DNA from: Eledone cirrhosa
Taxonomy: Eukaryota
Direction: 5' to 3'
Length of the DNA stretch: 64,000 nt
Assembly: GCA_964016885.1 (NCBI GenBank)
Contig: OZ024741.1
Coordinates: 125,364,001-125,428,000 of the forward strand
Below the pieces are notes generated by a model, which was given only the letters and a program-made list of their open reading frames with translations, did no database searches and was not told where the DNA came from. The position numbers and the translations under genes are program-made. Positions 25,891 to 38,794 of this stretch are shown in pieces (within the stretch, counting starts at the first letter, position 1; each line of letters begins with the position of its first letter).

Positions 25891-26221
25891 GTCAGACACT
25901 CTACTTCTATTGCCAATCTACTGCCCTCATAGTCAGACACTCTACTTCTATTGCCAATCTACTGCCCTCATAGTCAGACACTCTACTTCTATTGCCAATC
26001 TACTGCCCTCATAGTCAGACACTACACTTCTATTGCCAATCTACTGCCCTCATAGTCAGACACTCTACTTCTATTGCCAATCTACTGCCCTCATAGTCAG
26101 ACACTCTACTTCTATTGCCAATCTACTGCCCTCATAGTCAGACACTCTACTTCTATTGCCAATCTACTGCCCTCATAGTCAGACACTCTACTTCTATTGC
26201 CAATCTACTGCCCTCATAGTC
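25891..26221. repeat. 41-bp minisatellite x8 made from a SINE 5' head
   Basis: GTCAGACACTCTACTTCTATTGCCAATCTACTGCCCTCATA. Confidence 0.95.
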
Positions 26222-26577
26222 TATTATTTCTATTTTTGGCACACAGCCTGCAGTTTGAAACAGAGAGTATGTTATTTAAATCAACCCCACTGCATTACTG
26301 GTACTTTATTTTATCAACCCCGGCAGGATGAAGACAAAGCTAACCACAGTGGGATTCAAATTCAGAATGTAAAGGGATTTAACTATAAGCCACAAAGCAT
26401 GTTGTCCAACACTTTACAGGTTACAGCCAACACATCACCCTCTTATAATAGTAAATTATAGTAATAATAATATGTGTGTGTGTGAGTGTTTAGCTTTAGC
26501 AAGAATATCTAATGTTTTAGTGTGTTAATACAAAAGATAATAAGTACAAGAAGAAATGTATAGTATGCTATACTCAC

Positions 26578-26701
26578 CTATGCAAATGAAGGCAATGCCG
26601 ATGAAATAGGCAAGAAAGTACAGCCTACGGGGATTATCCCCCTTACCGGCACCTTTGGCAAGAACGTGGATTCCTGGGAAGATTTTATCCTTGCAAACAG
26701 C
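26578..26701 (-). CDS. SLC12A2: SLC12 exon, TM9: AVCKDKIFPGIHVLAKGAGKGDNPRRLYFLAYFIGIAFICI
   Basis: tcag/gtgagt, 124 nt, phase 0-1. Confidence 0.95.
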
Positions 26702-26851
26702 CTGAAAATTAGATTAAATGTTAATACATATATACTCACACACATACATTAGTGTGTGTGTGGTGTGTGTGTGGTGTGTGTGTGGTGTGGTGTGTGTGTG
26801 TGTGTGTGTGTGTGGTGTGGTGTGGTGTGTGGTGTGGTGTGGTGTGGTGTG

Positions 26852-26946
<95 letters not shown>

Positions 26947-27328
26947 AATAGAAGGCACTATGTTTGAATGTCACCACATTTATAAGCATTTTATAGCATC
27001 CCTATGCATGAACAAATCATTCTTTATATTAACTTTATCTTCTCAATGCCTTGTGGCAGTCTGAGGGATTGGCTAAGTGTGCACGTTGTTTACATACAAT
27101 GTTTGTTGACATCTGAAAGCTATGATTCAGCTATCTAATTTAAGATGGTAAGCATTGTCATAGTCCTTTGGCTTAATGGTTTAAAGCACCTAACTGTTAT
27201 CTGGGAGATATGGGCTTCAATTCTTCGTAGCAGGCAATGGCAACATCTTTTTCTGTCTTTAAAGGTCTTCACTCTATCTTATAGCATATCCATGCAGGAA
27301 CACATCGTTCTTTATATATATATATATA

Positions 27329-28516
27329 CTAGCTAAGGTACCCGGTAATACCCAGGAACGGGGGTATTGCCAGTTCCCATTAAAATGCCCAATGCCTCTC
27401 AGACCAAAAATGAAATCAAAATATAGGACTGATATTGAAAAGTGAAGACATCTTTTACAAAACAATAATACAAACAAATATTGCTGATTGCATTGGTCAG
27501 GCGAAAAAATGTTTGTCTGAGAAGTTGACAAACGGCCATTAGGATCATCATCATCATCACCGTTTTACGTCCGTTCTTCCATGCTAGCATGGGTTAGACG
27601 GGTTGTCCTGCTGTTGGCAGTGTCTGGTCGGCTGACCATGCCTTGATCATACAGGAACTGATTTTGGCTTGATTTCTACAGCTGGATGCCCTTCCTTACA
27701 CCAACCTCATTTACAGTGAGTGCTGGGTGCTTTTTTGTGGCGCCTACACGTCCACTTTACAGTGTGGGCTGGGTGCTTTTTTGCCGTGGCACCTCCATGA
27801 CCACCTTGCAGTGGGAGGGTGTGGGGGCATATTGTCTATATGCTTCAGCTTGTACCCATGGGAGGTCGGGTACTCTGTATTACTGCGTGACGCCAGAGAT
27901 CACGGTCATGTGTCATCACCTTTGAGAGGTGTAATTGGGTAAGGATATCTTAATATTATTGAAACTTGCTGAAATGTTGTGAATAAGCATCATATCTTGT
28001 CATTTACCTATGGTTTAAATTTCCTATAAAGCGAAAGGAAAAGATTTTGTTGTTGTTGTTGGGGGGGGGGGGGTCCAGCCCCGGGGAACTCTTTGGTTAA
28101 AATGAAATATACTTATCCAAGTACCCTGGGCAATGTAGTTTCAGAATATATATGGTTATGGGGGTCTATCTCCAAAACCATAGGAGGAGTTCGTGAAATC
28201 TTGTTCCATTTATTGGCCAAAATTTTCACTATAAGGCGTTTAACCCACATTAGGGTGTGTTAATTTTATTGAAATTTGTTGAAATTTTGTGAATAGGCAT
28301 CATATCTTGCCATTTCCCTATGGTATAAATTTCATATAAATCGAAGGGAAAAAATGTGAGCCCCTGGGGAACTCTTTGATTAAAATGAAATATATGCAAG
28401 AAATCAAATGGGCATGAGCCCCACACACGTGTCGAGTTTCATAAAGATCGGTTTGGTAGTTTTTGAGTTTTAGGTTCATAAACAAACAGACAGAAATTGC
28501 CATTTATGTATATAGG
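27329..28516 (-). mobile_element. Non-autonomous Helitron with nested RTE tail; a related 3' end lies at 19044
   Basis: CTAG terminus at 27329-27332 next to a GC-rich hairpin; the far end reads ACAAACAGACAGA...TATATAG. Confidence 0.6.
27544..27942 (-). mobile_element. 3' end of the same RTE LINE, inserted inside a Helitron-like element
   Basis: Closely matches the reverse complement of about 35715-36115; (CAT)n tail. Confidence 0.85.
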
Positions 28517-28570
28517 TATATATATCTATAAAGTGACAATAAGAATTGCAGCTTTTTGTAAACTTTATTT

Positions 28571-28655
28571 CATATTACAATTGTTTCTATTTCGATCAGC
28601 CGGGTTTGATCATGTGATCGGATCCCGACTCTTAATCAACACTGCTTCAGATATG
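28571..28655 (-). ncRNA. Decayed type I hammerhead of the 39936/61547 family
   Basis: CAUAU-CUGAAGC (A9 lost)...GAAA-C-AAUU-GUA-AUAUG; shares the GAGUCGGG and GCUGAUC inner blocks. Confidence 0.55.
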
Positions 28656-28987
28656 AGAGTTTACATGGTTGGTCCCATCCAAACTATATACACACACACA
28701 CAGCTCCACAGTGATAATATCATACAAGGTAACAACACAGAAGTATGAAAGTTGAATAGTAACAAGTAGATATGTTTTTGTGGTTAAGGAGTTTGCTTTA
28801 TATATCATACTTTCCAGTTGAATAGACTAAGTGGATTAGAGCAATGTGAAATGAAGTGTCTTGCTCAAAGACATAATATACTGCAGGACAGGAAATCAAA
28901 CACTCTAACCATTAATGTAATGCCTTCTTAGTTTAAAAATAATGATATTATATTTTTGAAAAAATAAACAAAAGTTACTTCACCTAC

Positions 28988-29095
28988 CTGAAAGACTTTG
29001 GGAGCAGAGACGAGACTTGCAAGAGCAGAAGAAAGTGTTGCAGAGAAAATACCAGCTGTTACCAAAGGTCCAAAGACTGCAATACGCTCCATTAT
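28988..29095 (-). CDS. SLC12A2: SLC12 exon, TM8: [36 protein letters not shown]
   Basis: gtag/gtaggt, 108 nt, phase 0-0; [23 protein letters not shown] motif. Confidence 0.97.
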
Positions 29096-29413
29096 CTACA
29101 ATTAATAAAAGGAAAAACCTAGTAATTTATGCAATAACAAAATGATTATTAAATTATTAAGCCCCCTGCTCCACATAACGTGGTGGGTGAACGGAACAAC
29201 ACAACATTGTTTTGAGTGGGCAATCTGGCTCAGTCAAGTATCTTACAACATTTCTAATGTTGGTGCCACAATAAAATTCACCCATCTGTAAAGTAAATGG
29301 TGATCTGGTAAAATATAGGGTAGAGACTATCAGTTCCTTTCCTTTTTTTTTTAAATGGATTTGGAAAAAAAGTCATTGTGAAAGCAGAAATGGTAAATAT
29401 TGGTTGAACTTAC

Positions 29414-29698
29414 CTGGAAGTCATGCAGAAGACCATATTTACACATGCCATCTTCACCCAAGGAACAGTTACGTACAATAGGAAAGGAAACAAACGGTAC
29501 CTTCTTCACACCATCATCTACTGTGGAATTATACAGTGTCATATCACCATCAATTGTAGCATTTACTGCTGCATAAAGAATCACACCACTTGCATCCCGT
29601 ACAATGCAGGCACCTAATGACCAGGCACAAAGAATATATACAACTGAACTGATTGCAATAGCCAATAGCGTTCCTTTCGGGATGGACACTTGGGCATC
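29414..29698 (-). CDS. SLC12A2: SLC12 exon, TM7 plus large extracellular loop: DAQVSIPKGTLLAI...NCSLGEDGMCKYGLLHDFQ
   Basis: gtag/gtaagt, 285 nt, phase 0-0; IPKGTLLAI motif. The loop carries NAT, NST and NCS sequons and CxYGL, placing the large loop between TM7 and TM8 as in NKCC/NCC. Confidence 0.96.
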
Positions 29699-29901
29699 CT
29701 ACAGAAAAAGACAAATATTGAAAAAATATATAATTTCCATATCTACTCATATATAATTCACACTATATTCTATGAATATACATATAACAAAAAAATAATA
29801 CATGTGTATACATACATATCTGTGTGAGTGCATACATGTTTATACACACCCACCACATATATATATATATAGAGAGAGAGAGAAAGAGAGGGAAAATATA
29901 C

Positions 29902-30026
29902 CTTCAGATCCCCAGAAATATTTGCACCGGCAAGAATTCCTGTTGCAGCAGGAAAGAAAATGGAAAACACCGAGAAGAATTCTTCATTATGAAAATCTGG
30001 CAGGAAATTTTCTTTGAAAACATCAA
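29902..30026 (-). CDS. SLC12A2: SLC12 exon, TM6: [12 protein letters not shown]...[26 protein letters not shown]
   Basis: acag/gtatat, 125 nt, phase 1-0; [18 protein letters not shown] ion-binding motif. Confidence 0.97.
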
Positions 30027-30135
30027 CTGTAAATAAATAAATAAATAAAATATGACAGTGAAATTCATTAATTTCTTCTCCGACCACACCACTCTACCTC
30101 AAATGACTTTATCAGATGTTATACAACAATAACAT

Positions 30136-30506
30136 ACCATATTTCCTGGCACCGAAGACGCTTCTCCTCGAGGACACACTTTAATTTTGACAACCAAATA
30201 TTTGGAAAGAAATAATTGTCTCTACTTTAGGCACAAGGCCAGCAATTACCCAGTGCATTACTGGTACTTTATTTTATCGACCCCGTAAGGATGAAGGGCA
30301 AAGTCAACCTCGGCGGGATTTGAACTCAGATCGTAAAGGGACGTAACTATGCTGGAAAGCATGGCGTCCGACCCTCTACTGATACTGCCAATCCACCACT
30401 ATTTGAAAAGAAATAATAAACAATCTTCGGCCTCCAGGATGCATGGTAGATTTTTGAGACTTATTTTAGGAAAGAAATAGCGTCTTCGACGGCAGGAAAT
30501 ACAGTA
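30136..30506. mobile_element. Tc1/pogo-like MITE; other copies at about 15355-15525 and 47177-47372
   Basis: TA-flanked TIRs CCATATTTCCTGGCACCGAAGACGC / GCGTCTTCGACGGCAGGAAATACAG. Confidence 0.7.
30214..30398 (-). mobile_element. SINE family 1 nested in a Tc1/pogo-type MITE
   Basis: Full-length match, flanked by a GAAAGAAATAAT-like duplication. Confidence 0.88.
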
Positions 30507-32193
30507 AGTGTTTTAATACCAAATCACCTGAAACTCTCCCTGGTTCTATGATGTTGTTCTGTTTTCTTTTTTTTAAGTATTTATTTACTGAAAATTTGAC
30601 ACTGTCAACCTTTTCCATCCATGGTTTTTATACCCAATTTGTTAGACAATTTTTCATAGTTAAAAAAATACTTTGAAGCTTCAAATTTTCAATAAATACA
30701 TATCTGCACAAAGTTTCTAAAAGTATATTAAAGTATTTATATTTTACCCTTTTGTGGTTGTATTTTCAATGTAATAATTTCAGTTAATTTATGAAGTATT
30801 TTGAAAGATTTACTAATATCAATGATTATTTCATTACTAAGATGATAATTATATGAGGTTAACTTTGCCTTTCATCCTTACGGGGTCGATAAAATAAAGT
30901 ACCAGTAATACACTAGGTATTTCCTGGCCTTGTGCCAAAAGTAGAAACAATTATAATGTAACATTAAGTTAGAAGATTTTAATATAAAGGGGCAGTTTTC
31001 TTTCACAGAACCCAATCCATTTTGGGGTGGATTATTAAAAGGGTTAAATTTAAACCTTGCATCATAATTTTATTCAAGAAAATCTTGTCAAGTCATATTT
31101 CAGAAGACCAGTTCCGTAATGAAAACACCAGTTATATTACTAAATCCATTCAAATCCTTGATTATTTTCAAGAAAATTTCAATATATAACTTGTCTGGTG
31201 ATCCTGTGAGTGTACAGGTGAAACTCCAGAGTAACAAGACTCACCACAGCCACAATAAAGAATACTCTGGTATTGAGCACTCATTCTCACATCCAATAAT
31301 ATCACACAGATGTGTGTGTGTAGCAAAGTTGCATATGGAAAAATAAAAACAGATCATCATCATCATCGTTTAACATCTATCTTCCACGCTAGCATGGAAT
31401 GAACTAGATAGGATGAACAAATGCATCCAACATTTTCGTGAGCAACCCCATGAGCAATATATAACAAATGTAATTAGGTCATTAGGCACCATAACATATT
31501 CATCATGGGAACCTTTTTGAGGCAATGGTTAACACATAGATGCCCTTTAGATGCCAACCCCTTTGGTTGCTTCTCCTGACAAGTGGAGACACAGTGAACC
31601 CTATTGTAAACCAGACACAAACAACAGGTTTATCAGGCACAGTTGTTAAATTAAATTGTTATTCTAGAAATGTAGAAAGAACACTAAATCAGCAGCAGAA
31701 ATGCCACAAACAACAAAAACAATGTTATGTTTCTTTCTCTGCTGGCCTGGGTTGAACTGGCAGTTCTTATGAACAGCCAGTGATATCTGCTACATCAGTC
31801 ATTCCACCTCACATGATAGGCTCCTTCTTTGATTTAATAAAGGAAAATGGAAGTTTAGAGGTCTGAATAAGGACCAATACAAAAATGAAGGAGTCGATCG
31901 ACAAGATCCCAGACCTCATTCGCTTAATGAGTGGGATGGAGCTCATCAAATCGGACTAAGGAAACATTGGTCTTTCCAATTGCTAATACTGTCTATAGGT
32001 CACAAATTCAGGTAGAAGGAGCAACCTGAAATAAAGTGTCTTGCTCAAGGACATAACGCATTACCCGATCCGGAATTGAACTCACAACCTCACAATTGCG
32101 AATCCAATTCTCTAATTGCAACACAAAAAAGGAAAGAGTAAGTTAATACCTGGTGTTAATAAAGAAACAAGAAAACAAAACAAACAAACTTAC

Positions 32194-32305
32194 CCCTATA
32201 GCCAGTATAACCTTTGGAGAAGTTATCATTGTTTGGTGAGAGGAATGTTCCAATGATATAGGCAGACATTGATAAAAGTAAGATTCCCATTAATATCAAC
32301 TGAGC
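32194..32305 (-). CDS. SLC12A2: SLC12 exon, TM5: AQLILMGILLLSMSAYIIGTFLSP...KGYTGYR
   Basis: tcag/gtaagt, 112 nt, phase 0-1, in frame with its neighbours. Confidence 0.94.
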
Positions 32306-32865
32306 CTGAAGTAGAGAGAAATTAGGATATATTACTTCTGATGGACAATAAAATTTTATTAAGGTGTGACCTTCAACATAATATTACGGGGTTGATGAAG
32401 TGAAGCATTGGGGTCAATGTAATCAACTTTCCTCTTCCCAAAATTGTTGGCCTTGTGCCTTGATCAGAAACAATTATATTATTATATATATATATATATA
32501 AGTTGACGGAACTAGCATGGGTTTCACCTCTAGTACCGGTTTCATCTCAGCGTACTCAATAGGTAATGTAAAATAAACTCCCAAAGTAGACACATTCAAT
32601 CTTTACTCCTACTCGAGTGAAAAATCAGTTATTAGAAAAATTCAGTCTCCAATTGCTGTACAATAGAATGGTAGCATTCGGCTCCAGTACCAGTACCATG
32701 GCGAGAAATAATGCGACAGTAACAGTGGTAGTGCCTAAAATCTTTCCAGACATTAAATGCTAACCAGTGATTAGACAGCGATATAGAGGTAGCGATATAT
32801 ATATATATATATAAAATGGGGGGGGGGGGGGGGGGGGGCAAAATAAGATAAAAAGTCAAACTTAC

Positions 32866-32976
32866 CCGTGCCTCCCATTCCATACCAATGATTGCTATCC
32901 CCAGTAAAAGAGTTATTGTTATCACTCCAATGATCCGAATATCATTCACTTCATCAATTAACAAAGCATCATTAGC
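32866..32976 (-). CDS. SLC12A2: SLC12 exon, TM4: ANDALLIDEVNDIRIIG...GMEWEAR
   Basis: gcag/gtaagt, 111 nt, phase 0-0; NDIRIIG and GMEWEA motifs of NKCC. Confidence 0.96.
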
Positions 32977-33724
32977 CTGCAATCAAAAAAATAACAAACA
33001 AAATAAACGTCTTTGTTAAATACATGGTGCGCCAGCATGACCACTGACAGAGAATAAAAAAATATATATATTTTTTATTAAAAAAAAATGACCACTGTCA
33101 AATGACAAAGAATAAAAAAAATATATATTTTTTATAAAAAAAAAATTAAAAAAATTATGACAACTAAAAAGTCAAGCACAAAAACATTGTTGATAACAAT
33201 ACGGCTAATTACATTAATTGAAGATTTGATTAACTGTTTATTTCTAATAATAACGAGCACCACATTATCTGTGCAAGCTTACTGTCTATTTCAGCTATTA
33301 TCTAAAATAAACCTCCTCTACTAATCAATAGAAATATTTGGATCAATCAAATCAATAGACTTCATTCAGTTACCGAGTGGGGTGGAACTTAGCAAATTGG
33401 ACCAAGGAAATAATGTTTCCATTGGTCTTTCCAATTGCTGATACTATCTACTGGTTGCAACTCTTAGCATAAAGAGTAATGTAAAAGGACATAACATATC
33501 ACCTAGTCCAGGAATCAAACTCACAACTTTACAACTGGGAACCCAATTCGATATTTAATAATAGAAAAACAAATTTGAGTATTTTCTGACATTCCACTAA
33601 AATAATTAGTAAGGAAAAAATTAAACAATTTTACAGTTGTTTCTTTTTGTTTGTTGGTTTGTTTTTAATTATTTCAAACCACTTTACTATCTTCATAATG
33701 CTTTAACCATCTTCATAATGCTTT

Positions 33725-34400
33725 ATGGTGGCAAATTGGCAGAGTTGTTAGAATGTTGGCTAGAATGCTTTGCAGCATTTGTTTTGGCTCACTGCTCTCT
33801 GAGTTCGAATCCCGCCGATGTCAACTTTGTGTTTCATCCATTCGAGGTCGATAAAAAAAATACCAGTCTAGTACTGGGGTTAATTCCTCCTCTAAATCTC
33901 TTTCTCACTTCCATTCTCTCACTCTCGATCATTCTCTAGAAGAAATCTGCCGGAGAAGAGATGGGCTCTGCCGTGTTTAAAAAATGCCATAAACATAATA
34001 ATTATTTTTACTTTTTGGCACAAGGTCAGCAATTACCCAGTACATTACTGGTACTTTATTTTATCGACCCCGTAAGGATGAAAGGCAAAGTTAACCTCGG
34101 CAGGTTTTGAACTCAGATCGTTAAGGGACGTAACTATGCTGGAAAGCATGGTGTCTGACCCTCTACCGATACTGCCAATCCACCTTAATAATTGTTTCTA
34201 CTTTTGGCACAAGGCCAGCAATTACCCAGTGCATTACTGGTACTTTATTTTATCGACCCCGTAAGGATGAAAGGCAAAGTTAATAATGGTTCAAATTTAG
34301 GCACCAAGCTAGCAATTTCAAGGATTTGATTGGTGCTTTATTTTATCAATACTACAAAGATGAAAAGCAAAGTTGGCCTTGGTAGGGTTTAAACTCAGAA
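33725..34400. mobile_element. SINE family 1 cluster: one (+) copy followed by tandem (-) copies
   Basis: Central domain present in both orientations. Confidence 0.8.
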
Positions 34401-34840
34401 AGAAAAGAGCTGTGAATATAGCTACAGCAGATATAGTAGTTATAGCAAATAAATATAAACACTATAAAATATGCAGCTTCGATAGTGTAGAACAGGGAGC
34501 AGTTTCAGTTTAGTATCAAAAGTGTTTAAAATTCATTCTTATTTCTTAAACACTTTTGCTTCATCAATGATCTAGAAAATTATTTGATATTCTTTCAACA
34601 AAATTATATAACAGCAGCAAATATTTTAAGACCATTATCCCTGTTAACACAGTAGACTTGCAGGCCCCCTTACAGGTTTCATATGCATCATGGGGTCTTT
34701 TACAAGGCCATGATTTACAGTTAGATGCCCTTCCTGATGCCAACCCTTTTAGTCAGTGCTACTATGTTAATGATTAAAACTAAAAGTATAGAGTGAAAGA
34801 AGAAAATGTCACAAAAGAGAAAAGATCTTCAGTTACTTAC

Positions 34841-34980
34841 TTTCAACAAATCTCTCACAGTTTCAGCAAATCCTACTACATACATGGCTATGGCTACAGC
34901 ATTAGCAATAGAGAACACTATACCAATGGCACCACCAAACTCAGGCCCAAGGCTTCTGGATATCAAATAATAAGCACCAC
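34841..34980 (-). CDS. SLC12A2: SLC12 exon, TM3: [20 protein letters not shown]...[11 protein letters not shown]
   Basis: gcag/gtaagt, 140 nt, phase 1-0; [14 protein letters not shown] signature. Confidence 0.97.
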
Positions 34981-35039
34981 CTGCAATGAAATAACAGAAT
35001 AACAATGAATTACTGCTACAAAAAAAAAAAAAAATAAAG

Positions 35040-36128
35040 ATGGAAAAGATTCTTATAAAATGCCCCAAATGCAAACAATGGGTACACAAGAGATGTAGCG
35101 GGATTTCAGGAAGCTTAATTAAGAATGTAGGCTTCACATGTAGCAGCTGTGCTGGGACAGCAAGCAGCAAACAGCCACAGGAAACAAGTACCAGCAATCT
35201 CTGGGAGGGCTCTGTAAAAACAGTAGACAGCTTCTGCTACCTAGGTGACCGAATTAGCAGTGGAGGTGGGTGTTCAGAAAGTACAATAACTAGGGTAAGA
35301 ACAGGATGGAAGAGGTTCAGGGAGCTACTGCCACTGCTAGCTGCAAAAGGCTTTTCCCTCAAAATGAAAGGCAGACTGTATGATGCATGTATCCGAACAG
35401 CAATGTTACATGGTAGTGAGACCTGGGCGCTGAAGGTGGAAGACTTACGTAGATTAGAAAGAAACGAAGCCTGCATGCTCCGATGGATATGTAATAGTAA
35501 TATACGCAAACGGCAAAGCATAAATGAATTGAGATAGAGATTGAGCATAAGAGGAATCAAATGCTGTGTGCAGGAGAGGCGGTTGCGTTGGTATGGACAT
35601 GTGATGCGTATGAAGGATGACAGCTGCATAAAAAAGTGCAGAGCACTAGAAGTCGATGGAAACCGCGGAGTGGGGAGACCCAAGAAGACCTGGGATGAGG
35701 TGATAAAAGCCGACCTTACCCAATTACACCTCTCAAAGGCTATGACACACGACCGTGACCTCTGGTGTCACGCAGTAATACAGAATACCCAACCTCCCAT
35801 GGGTACAAGCCGAAGCTGAAGCATATAGACAATATGCCCCCACACCCTCCCACTATAAAGTGGTCGTGGAGGTCCCACGGCAAAAAAGCACCCAGCCCAC
35901 ACTGTAAAGTGGACGTGTACGCGCCACGGAAAAAAGCACCCAGCACTCACTGTAAATGAGGTTGGTGTTAGGAAGCGCATCCAGCTGTAGAAATCAAGCC
36001 AAAATCAGTCCCTGTATGAGCAAGGCATGGTCAGCCGACCAGAAACTGCGCACAACAGGACAACCCGTCTAACCCATGCTAGCATGGAAGAACGGACGTA
36101 AAACGGTGATGATGATGATGATGATGAT
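35040..36128 (+). mobile_element. 5'-truncated RTE-clade LINE (RT C-terminus with Cys-rich finger, 3' UTR, (GAT)n tail)
   Basis: ORFs 35040-35537 and 35541-35819 share one frame, split by a single TAG; FCYLGD, MLHGSETW, RLRWYGHV and RGVGRPKKTW motifs; CPKC..H..C..CSSC. Confidence 0.9.
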
Positions 36129-37379
36129 TACTACCATTCTGATTCTACCAAATAGTGGATGGAACCATGTAACAAAAGGAAATTAATTGAATTTCTTGTT
36201 AAACCCTTTAGCATTTACATTACTCTATAATAACTATTGTATTTTCGTGGTAAAGGCTTTACCTCACATAATTATCTCACATAATATCGAATCTATGAGA
36301 TTTTGATATTATTCATTTTGAGAACAATACCTTAACATCAGTATGAGTGGCCAATTACGGTTAGTTTGAACAAAAAGAGGTGAGAGAATTTTGGCCGGAT
36401 ACAGCTGGTTTAAATGCTTACGGGTTAAAAATGGTATTTATTCTATTTACTAGAAAGTAATTTTCAAATTTTTCAAAAGCATCAGTAAAACTTTGCTTCC
36501 CTCCTGTTTGTTTGTCTACACCCCAGTAAATTAGTTGAAAGGTGGGTGAATGTGGCAAAAATGGCCCGAGTGAAACCTGTAGGTTGAGGAATATAAACAG
36601 AGGGAAGACGGGAACACCTGCAAAACGTGTTCCTGGTGTTGAGGGTTGTTCTATCCACGGGGTGTAAAACAACCCTGCAGTAACGTTCCCCCTACTGAGG
36701 ATTTCAATTGTTATTTTATTATAATAATTTATTGTTATTTATTAATGTTAAAGTTATATGATTTTTATGTAAAACCCCCCGCCGTCACGTCTTGTAATGT
36801 CCCATTTTTGTACGCCCCTGTGGCAAATAAAGAAAGATATCTGTTTGACTCTCCTCCCTCTCTGTCTTTCTATGTATTTATCTTCTCTCTTTCTCCATCA
36901 TTCTTTCTCTATTTGTCTATCTCTCTTCCTTTCTCCTCCCACCATTTATCTTGCTGTCCATCTGCCTGTATATATATATCTATTCCTGTCCCTTTCACTC
37001 CAGTTATGTATGTGTATCTCTTTCTCTCTCCCCTCTCTATCTATCTATCTCCTCCTTGCTGTTTCTCTCTCTTCTCTCTCTCCTTTCCATTTTCTGTATG
37101 TGTATCTGTCTCTATCTCTCTTCTTTTCTATCTCTTATCCATATTCTCTCTTTTTTCTTCCCCCCATTTTTCTCCTAGTCCATCAGTGTGTGTATTTTAT
37201 CTCATTCAACAGTGATGGTGAAGGTGAGTTACATGTTATAATGAAAGAAGAGGGACATTTAATATAAATTCATATCTACACAAACAGTACAGTTTTTTAA
37301 CTGAAGCTGCAAGAAATATGCATGTAAACACACATTTTGTATATATTTAAGCATGTTAAACATATCTTAATTATGTATG

Positions 37380-37630
37380 ATGGAGGTGCATGGATTAGTG
37401 GTTAGAGAATTGGATTTGCAATCATGAGGTTGTGAATTCAATTCCCAGATTGGGCGATGTGCCATGTCCTTGAGCAAAACACTTTATTTCATGTTCTTTT
37501 TGCCAGGAGTTGCACCCAGTAGATAGTATCAGCAATGGAAAGACCAATGGAAATATTGTTTCCTTGGTCCAATTTGACAAGCTCCACCCCACGCAGTAAG
37601 CAAATGAGATCTGGGATTTTGTGGATAGAT
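37380..37630 (+). mobile_element. tRNA-derived SINE family 2; other copies at about 12095-12355 (-), 31885-32115 (-), 33345-33550 (-), 62285-62490 (-), 62893-63045 (+)
   Basis: Family consensus TGGCTTAGTGGTTAGAG A box, GTTCAATTC B box and TCCTTGAGCAAGACACTTTATTTCAC core. Confidence 0.8.
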
Positions 37631-37734
37631 TCCTTTTTTTTTTTATATCTAAACACACAATGCAGTTTTTTTAATAGATGCTGTGAGAAATATGTATGTA
37701 AACACACATTTTAAACACGTTTAAGCATGTAAAC

Positions 37735-38387
37735 ATTTGTCAGCCGCTCTCCAGCTATCTATTTAAGGTTGTATGGTGCGGCCACACTTAGAATTTGCAT
37801 CACCAGTCTGGAATCCCTATCTTGCTCAGAACATTGACCGCCTGGAAACTGTTCAGAGACATGCAACCAAGCGAATACCCTCCATCAGGCATCTACTATA
37901 CTCTGAGCACCTTGCTTCCCTAGGCATGGATGCATTGAAGCTCCGACGCCTGGCAACTGACTTGGTAAACACCCACAAAATTGTTAACCATCTTGCCAAC
38001 AACAACCCTGAGTACCTTTTTGATTTACATGTGTCTAACACACGTGGACATGCCCACAAAGTCAGAAAACAGCACAGTTCCCATGACTTTCGGAAACATT
38101 TTTTCACGCTCAGAGTTGCTGAAGCATGGAACAAACTACCTGCATCGGTTGTTAGCTGTCGAGACACTGCATCCTTTAAAACCTCCATGCTTCCCGAGAT
38201 TCGCCAACACTACACCTGATGTCCCCCCTCCATACACATACACACATGTATATCATGACTCATACACTATTCACTTCCCTGACATTTGTATATTATTCTA
38301 TGTACTATACATGCACCTTTGACAAGTTGTAGTGCACCTGAGCACTTTACACAATAATTTCATTATTATTATTATTATTATTATTAT
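37735..38387 (+). mobile_element. CR1-clade LINE 3' fragment with (ATT)n tail
   Basis: VRPHLEFASPVWNPY...LETVQRHATK...TRGH...FFTLRVAEAWNKLP; an isolated 3' tip of the same family lies at about 14171-14218. Confidence 0.88.
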
Positions 38388-38412
38388 TTAAATTAGTTAT
38401 GTATTTTGTATT

Positions 38413-38630
38413 CGGGTGGTGAATTGGCAGTATTGGTAGAGTGACGGACAATATGCTTTACGGCACAGAGCTACGTCCCTTGGCGTTCTAAGTTCAAATC
38501 CCGCCAAGGTTAGCTTTGCCTTTCATCCTTACAGGGGTCGATAAAATAAAGTACCAATAAGCACTGGGTTGATTTAACTGACTTTCCCCTCACCCCAAAA
38601 TTGTTGACCTTGTGCCTTAATCAGAAACAA
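38413..38630 (+). mobile_element. SINE family 1 (longer subtype)
   Basis: A/B boxes and central domain. Confidence 0.8.
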
Positions 38631-38794
38631 TCATTTATGTATTTCTCCCTGAATTGAAAAAGAAGTTGATTGGAGTTTCGATCTTTGTTGAGACCTTCAT
38701 AAGAAACTGACTAGATTTTTTCCAATCCATCAAGAAATATGCAACGAAAGGCTTTATATAGCCATAGATACAATAGAGATTCAGCTGAACTTAC

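Noticed and set aside
32525-32552. Minus-strand GAAACCGGUA half-motif; similar decayed motif at about 56825-56890
   Set aside because: The 5' core or the cleavage triplet is missing or incomplete.
38664-38709. Minus-strand hammerhead-like relic (CUUAUGA...GAAAC)
   Set aside because: Core G5 is lost and stem III is broken; at best a dead copy.
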